29,332 bases of DNA from Elusimicrobiota bacterium (GCA_043816185.1 JBDRIG010000049.1:1-29332); one strand, 5' to 3'; numbered from the stretch's first letter, positions 9,368 to 18,231 are shown. The notes: generated by a model from the letters alone, not told the origin. Made by a program: numbers and translations.

Positions 9368-9534
9368 CACGCCTTTTCATCGGAATGACAGACAGCACAC
9401 ACTCCCCCTAGGGGATGACAAGCGACGTTTCCCTCGAGACGGCAGACATTGAACACGCTCCGTCGAGGCGACACACACACGAGATGACAGGCAAAACATC
9501 ACACAATGACAAAAAAGTGTATTGTGACACAACC
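9368..9534. repeat. Degenerate tandem array of ~16-30 bp units ending in GRATGACA, followed by an IS-end-like motif
   Basis: ggaatgaca 9382, gggatgaca 9412, gagacggca 9436, gaggcgaca 9465, gagatgaca 9481, caatgaca 9504; attgtgacacaacc at 9521-9534. Confidence 0.55.
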
Positions 9535-9569
9535 TTTTAGCAAAGATTTTTTTGTCGCTAATTTTTTAT

Positions 9570-10631
9570 TTACTCATCAATTGGATAGGAACCAAGAACT
9601 TTTAATAATGAACAATTTTTTTCGAGTTCGCTTAAAGCTTTTACAACATTTTTATTATCTATATGCCCGATAAAATCTACAAAAAATATATACTCCCATA
9701 CCTTTTTTCTCGTCGGACGGGATTCAATTTTTGTAAGGTTGAGATTATATTTTTTGAAAGGTACAAGCATATCATGCAAAGCACCAACCTTGTCCTTTAC
9801 TGAAAACATAATAGATGTTTTATCGTATCCAGAATGTAATGAATTTTTTCTACCTATTACAAGAAATCTTGTAAAATTATTCCTACAATCCTCTATGTTT
9901 TTAGCAATCATATTAAGTCCATAAACTTCACTTGCGACAACGGAAGATATCGCAGCAGAACCCTTTTCTTTTTTGGCAATGCGGGCAGCTTCAGATGTTG
10001 AAGTAACCTCTATAATTTCAATCCCTTTAAGATTTTTTTCAATCCAATTTCTCGTCTGTGCTATTGCCTGCGGATGAGAATAAACCTTTTTTATTTTTTG
10101 AATTGAAGTTTCACAAGATAATAAACAGTGAGAAATTTCCAAAAATATCTCCGATGTAATTTTCAAATCAGAATCAATAAACATATCTAACGTATAATTT
10201 ACAACGCCCTCGGTTGAATTTTCTATCGGAACCACGCCATAATCAGCGCGACCTTTTTCAACTTCGGTAAAAACATCTTTTATTGATTCACATGAAATAT
10301 AATCAATATTTTTGCCGAAAATTTTTATCGCAGCAAGATGGGTAAATGTTGCCGCAGGACCAAAATAAGAAATCTTCATTTTTTTTTGTATAGAGCGGGA
10401 AACATTCAGAATCTCTCTAAAAATATCTGATAGTGCCTCGTTTGTAATTGGTCCTTTATTTAGATTTTTTAAGTTAGAAATGATTTTCTTTTCGCGAACA
10501 GGAACAAAAATATCCTCTTTTTTCTCTGATTTAACTTTCCCTATTTCAATTGCAAGATTTACTCTTTCATTAATAAATTCAAGAATTTTTTTATCTATTT
10601 TGTCTATTTTACTTCTGATTTTCTCAATCAT
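9570..10631 (-). CDS. pheA: Bifunctional chorismate mutase / prephenate dehydratase (P-protein)
   Basis: N-terminal AroQ domain (IRSKIDKID..RV..K), VVPIENSTEG, SHPQA, NFTRF, LTKIESRP (ACT). ATG at 10631 follows a GGAGG Shine-Dalgarno. Confidence 0.96.
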   Translation of the reverse strand: MIEKIRSKIDKIDKKILEFINERVNLAIEIGKVKSEKKEDIFVPVREKKIISNLKNLNKGPITNEALSDIFREILNVSRSIQKKMKISYFGPAATFTHLAAIKIFGKNIDYISCESIKDVFTEVEKGRADYGVVPIENSTEGVVNYTLDMFIDSDLKITSEIFLEISHCLLSCETSIQKIKKVYSHPQAIAQTRNWIEKNLKGIEIIEVTSTSEAARIAKKEKGSAAISSVVASEVYGLNMIAKNIEDCRNNFTRFLVIGRKNSLHSGYDKTSIMFSVKDKVGALHDMLVPFKKYNLNLTKIESRPTRKKVWEYIFFVDFIGHIDNKNVVKALSELEKNCSLLKVLGSYPIDE

Positions 10632-10676
10632 TTGCTCCTCCAAAAAAACACAGAATTAAGCACGATATACGATATA

Positions 10677-11297
10677 CTACATACCCATCGCCATTAAAGA
10701 TACCATTCTTTTAGAAGTTTTGGTTTTCCTATAAGAAAAAAAATCATCAGTATAGGTACACAATTTTGAATTGTTTATATTAGATACACCAGTTTTTTTA
10801 AATTGCTCTTCTGCCATTGCATCAAGGTTCACATTATAACATTCCTTACAAATATGAGGACCTATCGCTGTATAAACATCAGACAAATTGGAACTGAAAT
10901 TTTTTATGAATATATTTATTGCTTTTTCAATAATAAATTTTGAAAGCCCTACTTGCCCAGCATGAATAAGTCCAATTATTTTTTTAATTTTGTCAAAAAT
11001 AAAAACTGGGAGACAATCGGCGGTAAAAACGGCAAGTATAATTCCTTTTTGGCAGGTTATTAATCCATCCGTTTGAGGTAAAACTTTACCAGAATCTTTT
11101 TCTTCTACAATTCTTATATTGTCGCCATGAATCTGTTCGCCGCAAGTTACAATATTGTTTCCAAAATATTTTTTTAAGAAATCTTTTCTGTTTTTTTCGT
11201 CCTTCATATCGCCCAAAGATGCAGTAGATGAAAAAACTTTTACACCTTTTTTTCCAAAATCCTCCTCGTAATAATATCCGTCTTTAAATTTCCACAT
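10677..11297 (-). CDS. pgeF: YfiH/PgeF-family polyphenol-oxidase-like purine nucleoside phosphorylase (short form)
   Basis: QIHG, DGLIT, TADCLPV, IHAG, IGPHI..CY, CT, FFSYR motifs. Confidence 0.85.
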   Translation of the reverse strand: MWKFKDGYYYEEDFGKKGVKVFSSTASLGDMKDEKNRKDFLKKYFGNNIVTCGEQIHGDNIRIVEEKDSGKVLPQTDGLITCQKGIILAVFTADCLPVFIFDKIKKIIGLIHAGQVGLSKFIIEKAINIFIKNFSSNLSDVYTAIGPHICKECYNVNLDAMAEEQFKKTGVSNINNSKLCTYTDDFFSYRKTKTSKRMVSLMAMGM

Positions 11298-11311
11298 TTT
11301 TCAATCTACCC

Positions 11312-12394
11312 TCAACCTGTCGAACCACTCTCTGAAGTAATACCTTTTATATTCATCATAAGTTCTTCTGGATTAGTCGCTGCATCAAGAGCATCTTCAA
11401 GCAAAATGTTACCTGAACTATAAAGATTCAACAATGATTGGTTGAAAGTTTGCATTCCATAATAATTACCCTGCTTCATTGCCTGTACTATTTCACTTAT
11501 TGTATTCTGTTCCATAAATTTTTTTATTAACGATGTCATAATTAGGACTTCACATGCTGGAATTTGTCCACCTTTTACATTGATAAGAAGTCTCTGAGAA
11601 ATAACACTTTTTAGCGTATCTGCTAATTGGAGTCGTATCTGATTTTGCTGATGCGATGGAAACATATCAACAATTCTAGTTATCGTCTGAATTGCATCAA
11701 CAGTATGAATTGTTGAAAGAACAAGATGCCCAGTTTGAGCAGCTGTTATCGCTGCAGCCATTGTATCAATATCACGCATTTCACCTATAAGTATTACATC
11801 TGGATCTTGTCTAACTATGTGTTTTAGTGCCTCTTTATAAGAGATTGTATCTACTCCTAATTCTCTTTGGGAAACTATTGAAAGTTTATCTCTGTGTAAA
11901 AACTCTATCGGGTCCTCAAGTGTGATGATATGAGCGGCACGTGTTGAATTTATATGTTTAATCATAGCAGCGAGTGTTGTTGATTTTCCACAACCAGTGG
12001 TACCTGTTACAAGCACCAATCCTCTTTGATTATCTGCTATTTTTTCTATAATTGGTGGAAGATTAAGCATTTCAAAAGTTGGGATTTCAACTGGAACATA
12101 TCTCATTGCTATATTAATACTACCTCTCTGATAATAAATATTTCCCCTGAATCTTCCAATGCCTTTAAGCGAATAAGATAAATCGCACTCGTATTTTGTG
12201 GCAAAAGATTCACGTTGTTTTTCCGACATTATTGATTGTGCAATTTCTTTTATCTGCTCTATTGAAAAAACTTTATCCTCCAATGGTTTAAGTTTTCCAT
12301 TAATTCTTAAAACAACATTTCTTGCTGACCTTAAATGTAAATCCGACGCTTTCTCCAAAATCATTAACTTTAAAAGTTCATCAAGTTGTTCCAT
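11312..12394 (-). CDS. PilT/PilU-family type IV pilus retraction ATPase
   Basis: ASDLHL, Walker A GTTGCGKST, Asp box EDPIE, RQDPDVILIGEMRD, His box GHLVLSTIH, GMQTF. The AIRNLIRE motif is not conserved (LIKKFMEQ), so PilU-like. Confidence 0.93.
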   Translation of the reverse strand: MEQLDELLKLMILEKASDLHLRSARNVVLRINGKLKPLEDKVFSIEQIKEIAQSIMSEKQRESFATKYECDLSYSLKGIGRFRGNIYYQRGSINIAMRYVPVEIPTFEMLNLPPIIEKIADNQRGLVLVTGTTGCGKSTTLAAMIKHINSTRAAHIITLEDPIEFLHRDKLSIVSQRELGVDTISYKEALKHIVRQDPDVILIGEMRDIDTMAAAITAAQTGHLVLSTIHTVDAIQTITRIVDMFPSHQQNQIRLQLADTLKSVISQRLLINVKGGQIPACEVLIMTSLIKKFMEQNTISEIVQAMKQGNYYGMQTFNQSLLNLYSSGNILLEDALDAATNPEELMMNIKGITSESGSTG

Positions 12395-12620
12395 AAAATA
12401 ATCTCCATTACACTATATTTGACCACGTTAAGACAAAATACTGTTGTTCACATTCGCGAAACACAACCAAAGCCCGTCTGGACGGAAGTGGCTAAGAGGA
12501 ACTAGGGGACGAAGTTGTTACCGAAATTGTGAAGTATTACACTGCGGGCTCTCGCAATATCCACGAACACAAAATAGGTTGTCGGTAAATGAGTTGCCTA
12601 ACGAAGTAGTGTTAATTTGT

Positions 12621-14471
12621 TTATTCTACAGTTACGGATTTAGCAAGATTGCGAGGCTGATCAACGTCACAGCCACGCAAAACACCTATATAATATGCTA
12701 AAAGTTGTAATGGAACTACTGTCAACAGTGGGTACAATGTCTCGTCTGTTTTAGGAATATAAATTACATAGTCAGTCTTCTCTTTTATCAATTTATCACC
12801 AATTGTGGCAATAGCAATAACGATTCCCTCGCGGGCTTTTACCTCTTCTATATTTGAAAGAACTTTTTCATAAACTTTACCTTTAGTTGCTATACAAACA
12901 ACTGGCATATTTTCGTCTATAAGTGCAATTGGCCCATGCTTCATTTCTCCAGCAGCATACCCCTCCGCATGAATATACGAAATCTCTTTTAATTTTAATG
13001 CACCCTCCAATGCAATAGGATAATTTAGTCCGCGACCTAAATATAAAAAATGTGACTTTTTGAAAAACTTTTTTGCGATTAATTTTATCTCGTTTTCTTT
13101 TTCTAATATCTTAGAAATGGCACCAGGAATTTGAATAAATAAATCGATAAACTTAGAGGCAAAATCCTTAGTAATTTTTCCTCTTACAATTCCAAAATAG
13201 AGTGCCAAAAGATAAATTGCGGTAAGTTGCCCAGTAAATGCTTTCGTAGAAGCAACTCCTATTTCAGGACCACACCTTGTATAAATGGTCGCCAATGACT
13301 CGCGTGTAATAGTCGAACCAACCACATTGCAGATTGAAAGTGTTTTTGCACCATGCTTTTTTGCTTCTCTCAATGGAGCAATAGTATCCGCCGTTTCGCC
13401 TGATTGACTTATCGCAATTATTAATGTCTCGTCGGAAATTATCAAATCGCGATATCTAAACTCAGAACCAATATCTGTCTCGGTTGAAATTCCGGAAAGT
13501 GATTCAAATAGAAATTTTCCGATTAAACCAGCGTGATACGATGTTCCACAAGCAATGATTGAAATTTTATTTATATCTCGTATAATTTGTGGATTTACAT
13601 TTATTTCGTCAAAAAATTCGTCTATATCTTCAACGGCAAGGCGATCGCGAAATGTATCCTCAATTGTTTGCGACTGTTCAAAAATCTCTTTCAACATAAA
13701 ATGTTTGTAACCAGATTTTTCTGCCATCAAAGAACTCCACTCAATAGTATTGATTTTCCTTTCAACAACGTTGTCTGATTTGTCGAAAATTTTATAAGAA
13801 TCTTTTTTTAGTTCTATAATATCGCCATCTAAGAGATAAATGAATTCTTTCGTGTATGGAAGAACAGCTGGAATATCAGATGCAACAAAAAACTCGTTTT
13901 CGCCTAATCCTACTACGAGCGGAGCATCATAACGAACACCTATTAAAACATCAGGATTTGCATGTGAAATTACACTAAATGCATATGCACCTTTGAGATA
14001 TTTCACTGCGGTCTTTACCGCCAACAAAATATCACCATTGTAATACTTTTCTATAAGGTGAACAATAACTTCCGTATCTGTTTCTGAACAAAATTTATGG
14101 CCTTCCAATAAAAGTTCCTTTTTTAAGTGTCTGTAATTTTCAATAATTCCATTATGAACAACGACAATTTTCCCCGAGCAGTCGGTATGTGGATGTGCGT
14201 TTTCCTCCGATGGCCTGCCATGAGTAGCCCACCTAATATGCCCAATACCAACAGTTCCGGAAAATTTTAACGTAGTATCATTCCGTATTACTGTTTCAAG
14301 ATTTTTAATTTTTCCGACGGCACGAGAAATTTTTATACCACAAAATGCTGGACTGTTTTCGATGGTTGCGATGCCAGATGAATCGTATCCACGATATTCA
14401 AGTCGCCTAAGTCCATCCAATATAACATCTGCGGCATTTTTATTTCCAATATAACCAACGATTCCACACAT
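12621..14471 (-). CDS. glmS: Glutamine--fructose-6-phosphate aminotransferase (isomerizing)
   Basis: MCGIVG (catalytic Cys), RGYDSSG, GHIRWATHG, HNGIIEN, SQSGET, EGALKLKE, C-terminal PRNLAKSVTVE. Confidence 0.98.
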   Translation of the reverse strand: MCGIVGYIGNKNAADVILDGLRRLEYRGYDSSGIATIENSPAFCGIKISRAVGKIKNLETVIRNDTTLKFSGTVGIGHIRWATHGRPSEENAHPHTDCSGKIVVVHNGIIENYRHLKKELLLEGHKFCSETDTEVIVHLIEKYYNGDILLAVKTAVKYLKGAYAFSVISHANPDVLIGVRYDAPLVVGLGENEFFVASDIPAVLPYTKEFIYLLDGDIIELKKDSYKIFDKSDNVVERKINTIEWSSLMAEKSGYKHFMLKEIFEQSQTIEDTFRDRLAVEDIDEFFDEINVNPQIIRDINKISIIACGTSYHAGLIGKFLFESLSGISTETDIGSEFRYRDLIISDETLIIAISQSGETADTIAPLREAKKHGAKTLSICNVVGSTITRESLATIYTRCGPEIGVASTKAFTGQLTAIYLLALYFGIVRGKITKDFASKFIDLFIQIPGAISKILEKENEIKLIAKKFFKKSHFLYLGRGLNYPIALEGALKLKEISYIHAEGYAAGEMKHGPIALIDENMPVVCIATKGKVYEKVLSNIEEVKAREGIVIAIATIGDKLIKEKTDYVIYIPKTDETLYPLLTVVPLQLLAYYIGVLRGCDVDQPRNLAKSVTVE

Positions 14472-14585
14472 AAAATAACACCCATATAAACTGCGGATTG
14501 ATACTATTGAAAAAATCTGTTTTGTTCGTCATTGCAAGTGCTTTTGCCCGTCATTCAGACTGTCGCAACGACACCTTTTAACCTT

Positions 14586-15341
14586 TTATTTCTCGTTCAA
14601 AGTTTCTAATAATCGTAAATAATCCCTCTGACTTTCATATTCCATAGATGTAATCAGATTTATAAACGGAACGTCATTGCATTTATCACATTGCTGAAGC
14701 GAGTTTAGATAATCACTTCTCAATATAGGCGGTATAACAATTATTTCATATCCATTTTGGAGTAAAGATAAATTCATCAAGAGCCGAGCTGTCCGCCCAT
14801 TGCCATCAATAAATGGGTGTATTCTTACAAGTTCCTTATGAATTATTGCAGAAAATTCCACGGGATGATATTTCTTTTTCCACTCGGACATTTTGTTTAT
14901 CAGATCTTCAACTAAACTTACGACTTTACTTGGCGGAGGCAGCTTAATATCCGAGCCCTGAATATAGACAGCCACCTTTCTGTATTTTCCTGCATTCTCT
15001 TTATCTATTCTATAGCAAAAAAGTTTATGCAGTGATAGAATATCCTTCTCCACAATGGTATCTCTCTCAGATAATTTATATATGCAATCATATGCTTCAC
15101 TATGACCAATAGCTTCCAGATGGTCTTTTAATGGTTTACCACTGATTGTTATTCCTTCTTCAATAACTACTTTTGTTTCTGTTTCGGTCAGTGAATTACC
15201 CTCTAATGCATTACTTGAATATGTAAATCCTATTCTATAATATTCCTTCAATTGTTTAATTTGGAGTTTATTCAACGGCCGATACTTGTTTATTTCTTCC
15301 TGTAAACTGTCAATATCTTTTATTCTATTTTTAAAATCCAT
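14586..15341 (-). CDS. Fic-domain protein (class II, autoinhibited AMPylase)
   Basis: Canonical HPFIDGNGRTAR motif; N-terminal inhibitory helix SNALEG ((S/T)xxxE(G/N)). ATG at 15341 follows AGAGGA. Confidence 0.92.
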   Translation of the reverse strand: MDFKNRIKDIDSLQEEINKYRPLNKLQIKQLKEYYRIGFTYSSNALEGNSLTETETKVVIEEGITISGKPLKDHLEAIGHSEAYDCIYKLSERDTIVEKDILSLHKLFCYRIDKENAGKYRKVAVYIQGSDIKLPPPSKVVSLVEDLINKMSEWKKKYHPVEFSAIIHKELVRIHPFIDGNGRTARLLMNLSLLQNGYEIIVIPPILRSDYLNSLQQCDKCNDVPFINLITSMEYESQRDYLRLLETLNEK

Positions 15342-15378
15342 GATTCCTCTTATGAGAGTCAAACGAAAAATTAAGAGC

Positions 15379-15419
15379 GACAATTCATCTCTACGGTTAA
15401 AACTGAGGGCTTTCTTGCC
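15379..15419 (-). mobile_element. IS200/IS605-type left-end hairpin remnant
   Basis: GGCAAGAAAGCCCTCAGTTTTAACCGTAGAGATGAATTGTC resembles the CAAGAAAGCCC-hairpin-GATGAATTG pattern of IS605-group left ends; 25/32 identical to the element at 25748. Confidence 0.55.
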
Positions 15420-15463
15420 TGAAAATATATAAATTTTTTCAATCCATAATCTGTAATTGCCAA

Positions 15464-15769
15464 CTACTCTATTTTTCCCGTTGCTGCATCATATTTCCAA
15501 TTACCTTCTGGAATTCTGTTAATGTATCCTGAAGATGCTAATTGTTCGAGTACTTCTGGAAATTTTTCTTTTTCATATTTATATCGTCCGATAGCATCCC
15601 TTAAAATTATTAAGTTTTCAGTTTTTGCAATTTCCAATGCTTTTTCTATCGGTGTCTTTATTAATTGTGTAGTCTTTTGAGATATGTTTGACAGCTTTTT
15701 AAAATAATCAGCGAGAAAATATACACCAATTAAAACAACAACAAAAAATATAATCAGTTTTTTTCCCAT
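15464..15769 (-). CDS. Small membrane-anchored pilin/GspG-like protein without a prepilin cleavage motif
   Basis: N-terminal hydrophobic helix; C-terminal NL..LR.AI.RY....FP..L..L...GY...IP...W.YD..TG pattern resembling GspG/pilin globular heads; no G|FTLIE. Confidence 0.5.
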   Translation of the reverse strand: MGKKLIIFFVVVLIGVYFLADYFKKLSNISQKTTQLIKTPIEKALEIAKTENLIILRDAIGRYKYEKEKFPEVLEQLASSGYINRIPEGNWKYDAATGKIE

Positions 15770-15802
15770 TTTAATTTCAACAAAATTTTAATTTCAACAA
15801 AA
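15769..15802. repeat. Perfect 17-bp tandem duplication
   Basis: TTTTAATTTCAACAAAA at 15769-15785 and 15786-15802; it fills the whole intergenic gap. Confidence 0.9.
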
Positions 15803-17431
15803 TCAATTTTTAAATTTAAAATTCTTTTTAATTGCTTGACTACGAATTGCTTTCAACATTACTTGGTCAAGCGTTTGATTTCCACCTTTAGACGCTATTT
15901 CTTTTTCTTTTTGGACAATGTATTTTTGTCTTGCATCGCTTAATTTGTTAATTTTTTCCTGTATTTTTTTCTTTTCATCAATTTTTTCCTGTATACAATT
16001 ACTAAGCTCTTTTTCATTCATATTCTGAAGTTCTCGAGGAAGTCCTTCTTTTTTAATATCTTCAACTTTTATATTTTTACTTTCAACTTGACCGACAATA
16101 TCCCACGATACAGACGCATCGTTATATTGTGCTTTTGCTTTGAACATTGCTCGTTGAACTTGTGCTCCAGCTTCTTTCATTTCTTCCTTGCAAACATTTT
16201 TATCCTGTTCGATTTGTATATCTAACGACTTCTTTCCTTCACTTCCATATGGAATAAATGTTTTATTGAGTTCGCTTCCAAGTCGTTGTATCTCCTCATC
16301 TTGAGGTGCTGTTATGGCAACAACTTGAACTTCCTGATCAATATTAAGATACTCTCCGTTACCCAAATCGGCACCTGCTTTCCACTGCGTCGCAACCCCT
16401 TCCTGATATTTTCCACAAAAAATCGTGTTGACAATAATTCCCTTGCTAACTGCGGCGACTGTGATTGACTCCCTAAAATCAACAGAACCCTGCGTAAACG
16501 GTTCGTTACCAGCGATAAAAATTACTTTATAGACATCTAAATGTTTGTCCCACCGAAGTTCGTTCACCGCATCTTCTATAACGACACCACAATATTCTTC
16601 ACCACCACACGTTTTTAATGAAAAAAGGTTTTCCGAAATCTTATCTAAATCCATAGTAAACGGAAGTATTTGACGAATATAACCCTTGCCTGAACTTAAA
16701 TTATCGTTTCCATATTCATAAAGTGCAACATAAAGCGTAGGATTATTTTTATCCTTTTCTGCTGACGAAAGTTCATTAACTATTTTCCAGAGTTGGCTTT
16801 TTGCTTGATTAATAAGACCGTCCATACTGCCACTGGTGTCTAATAAAATTGCAATTTGAATAAGCGGTTTACCGAGAAATGAACCTTGTGAAGAAATTGT
16901 TGTGGTTGATGAAGCGGGTGATGTTGTTGTGACGGAAGGTTTTACTGGCATATCTTTCCATGTTCTTTTTATGTTTGTTTGACCTGCTACAATTATTTTA
17001 CCCGTCTGAGTTTCTATAACACGGGCGTTGACTTCGGTCTTGCTAGAACTAATATCGTTTAATGTTCCCGTTATTATCGAACCTACTCCGAGCAATTTTC
17101 CCATTTCCTGAGTTGTTTTAGTGTCAACCACTCCACTTGCTTCAAATTTTATTTCTTCAAGAATTTTTTTTAGAAGATTTCTTTCAATAATTTCCGCTTG
17201 ATTGCCTTCGACGAGAAAAGTGGTCAATCTCTCCTGAACGATTGACGAACCACTACTTAAACCACCGTCAGGATATTGAAAGTTTAGGATCGCAATCTTT
17301 TTGTTGGATTGACACAACAATCCTTTTTCTAATTTTTTTGCCAACTCTTTTAACGGATCGGCAGAATGGAGTGAACTACAAAAATGTAAAATTAAAATTC
17401 CCAAACAGAAATAAGATTTCTTTACTGACAT
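15803..17431 (-). CDS. Secreted protein: CsgG/FlgO-like domain + Ser/Thr linker + VWA domain + coiled coil
   Basis: Signal peptide (...SSLHSA|DP); KIAIL.F ... IIERN.L..IL.E ... GKLLGV..IITG ... VNARVIETQTGKII (CsgG/FlgO-like); PSVTTTSPASSTTT linker; MIDAS DTSGS in IAILLDTSGSMDG. Confidence 0.75.
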   Translation of the reverse strand: MSVKKSYFCLGILILHFCSSLHSADPLKELAKKLEKGLLCQSNKKIAILNFQYPDGGLSSGSSIVQERLTTFLVEGNQAEIIERNLLKKILEEIKFEASGVVDTKTTQEMGKLLGVGSIITGTLNDISSSKTEVNARVIETQTGKIIVAGQTNIKRTWKDMPVKPSVTTTSPASSTTTISSQGSFLGKPLIQIAILLDTSGSMDGLINQAKSQLWKIVNELSSAEKDKNNPTLYVALYEYGNDNLSSGKGYIRQILPFTMDLDKISENLFSLKTCGGEEYCGVVIEDAVNELRWDKHLDVYKVIFIAGNEPFTQGSVDFRESITVAAVSKGIIVNTIFCGKYQEGVATQWKAGADLGNGEYLNIDQEVQVVAITAPQDEEIQRLGSELNKTFIPYGSEGKKSLDIQIEQDKNVCKEEMKEAGAQVQRAMFKAKAQYNDASVSWDIVGQVESKNIKVEDIKKEGLPRELQNMNEKELSNCIQEKIDEKKKIQEKINKLSDARQKYIVQKEKEIASKGGNQTLDQVMLKAIRSQAIKKNFKFKN

Positions 17432-17455
17432 TTTTTACCTCTCAAATCTTCCAAA

Positions 17456-17503
17456 CAAGCAGCAGAGTTTCTCTGCCAAATAGCGAGGAGCCCTCGCAAC
17501 TAC
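17456..17503. repeat. Second GTAG-type REP doublet
   Basis: GTAGTT-GCGAGG-GCT-CCTCGC (17503-17483, -) facing CAAGCA-GCAGAG-TTT-CTCTGC (17456-17476, +); same 6+6+3+6 geometry. Confidence 0.65.
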
Positions 17504-17505
17504 AT

Positions 17506-18231
17506 TCAGTTTCCAATACTATTAATTATGTTTTTCATCTCTTTTATTGCCTGAAAAAGTCCAACAAAAACAGCGCGACAAATTATTGAATAGCCAATAT
17601 TAAGTTCACTCAGTCCTCTAATTTTAACAATGTCTTGGACATTTTCATAATTTAGTCCGTGTCCTGCATTAAGCCCTAACCCGAGTTGCAAAACATATTC
17701 CGACGCTTTTTGAATTTTTACAAGTTCTTTTTTTCTTTCTATCTTATTTTTTGCGTCGGCATATTCGCCAGTATGAAGTTCAACAAAATCTGCACCTATT
17801 TTTTTTACTACGCTTATTTGTTCAAAATTAGGATCAATAAAAATACTAACTTTGATTTTTTTATCTTTAAGTTCACTTACAACCCTTTCAATTTCTTTTC
17901 TATTTGATACAACATCAAGCCCACCCTCAGTGGTTAGTTCCTGTCTTTTTTCTGGAACAAGACAAACATCGTCTGGAACTATTTTTTTTGCGAAATCAAC
18001 TATTTCACGAGCACAAGACATCTCAAGGTTTAGTTTTGTTTTTATAATTTTTTTAAGATTTTTTACATCGTCGTCGTTTATGTGTCTTCTATCTTCGCGA
18101 AGATGCACGGTAATTCCATCGACACCGGCTTTTTCAGCAATCTCCGCTGCACAAACAGGATTAGGAAAAAAACCTTTTCTTAAATTTCTTATCGATGCAA
18201 TATGGTCAATATTAATTCCAAGTTTTATCAT
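17506..18231 (-). CDS. pdxJ: Pyridoxine 5'-phosphate synthase
   Basis: LGINIDHIA, ITVHLREDRRHI, LVPEKRQELTTEGG, ELHTG, NAGHGL. Confidence 0.97.
   Translation of the reverse strand: MIKLGINIDHIASIRNLRKGFFPNPVCAAEIAEKAGVDGITVHLREDRRHINDDDVKNLKKIIKTKLNLEMSCAREIVDFAKKIVPDDVCLVPEKRQELTTEGGLDVVSNRKEIERVVSELKDKKIKVSIFIDPNFEQISVVKKIGADFVELHTGEYADAKNKIERKKELVKIQKASEYVLQLGLGLNAGHGLNYENVQDIVKIRGLSELNIGYSIICRAVFVGLFQAIKEMKNIINSIGN

Noticed and set aside
9368..9534. Possible CRISPR array
   Set aside because: Units are short, degenerate and irregularly spaced, with no constant repeat plus unique spacer pattern and no cas genes nearby.
12585..12618. dif-like site (GAGTTGCCTAA ... TAGTGTTAATT)
   Set aside because: Only a partial match to the XerD arm, and the spacer does not fit 6 bp when both arms are aligned.
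14472..14585. glmS ribozyme upstream of glmS
   Set aside because: No AGCGCC cleavage-site motif or GACGAGG core on the coding strand; the short gap is occupied by repeat relics.
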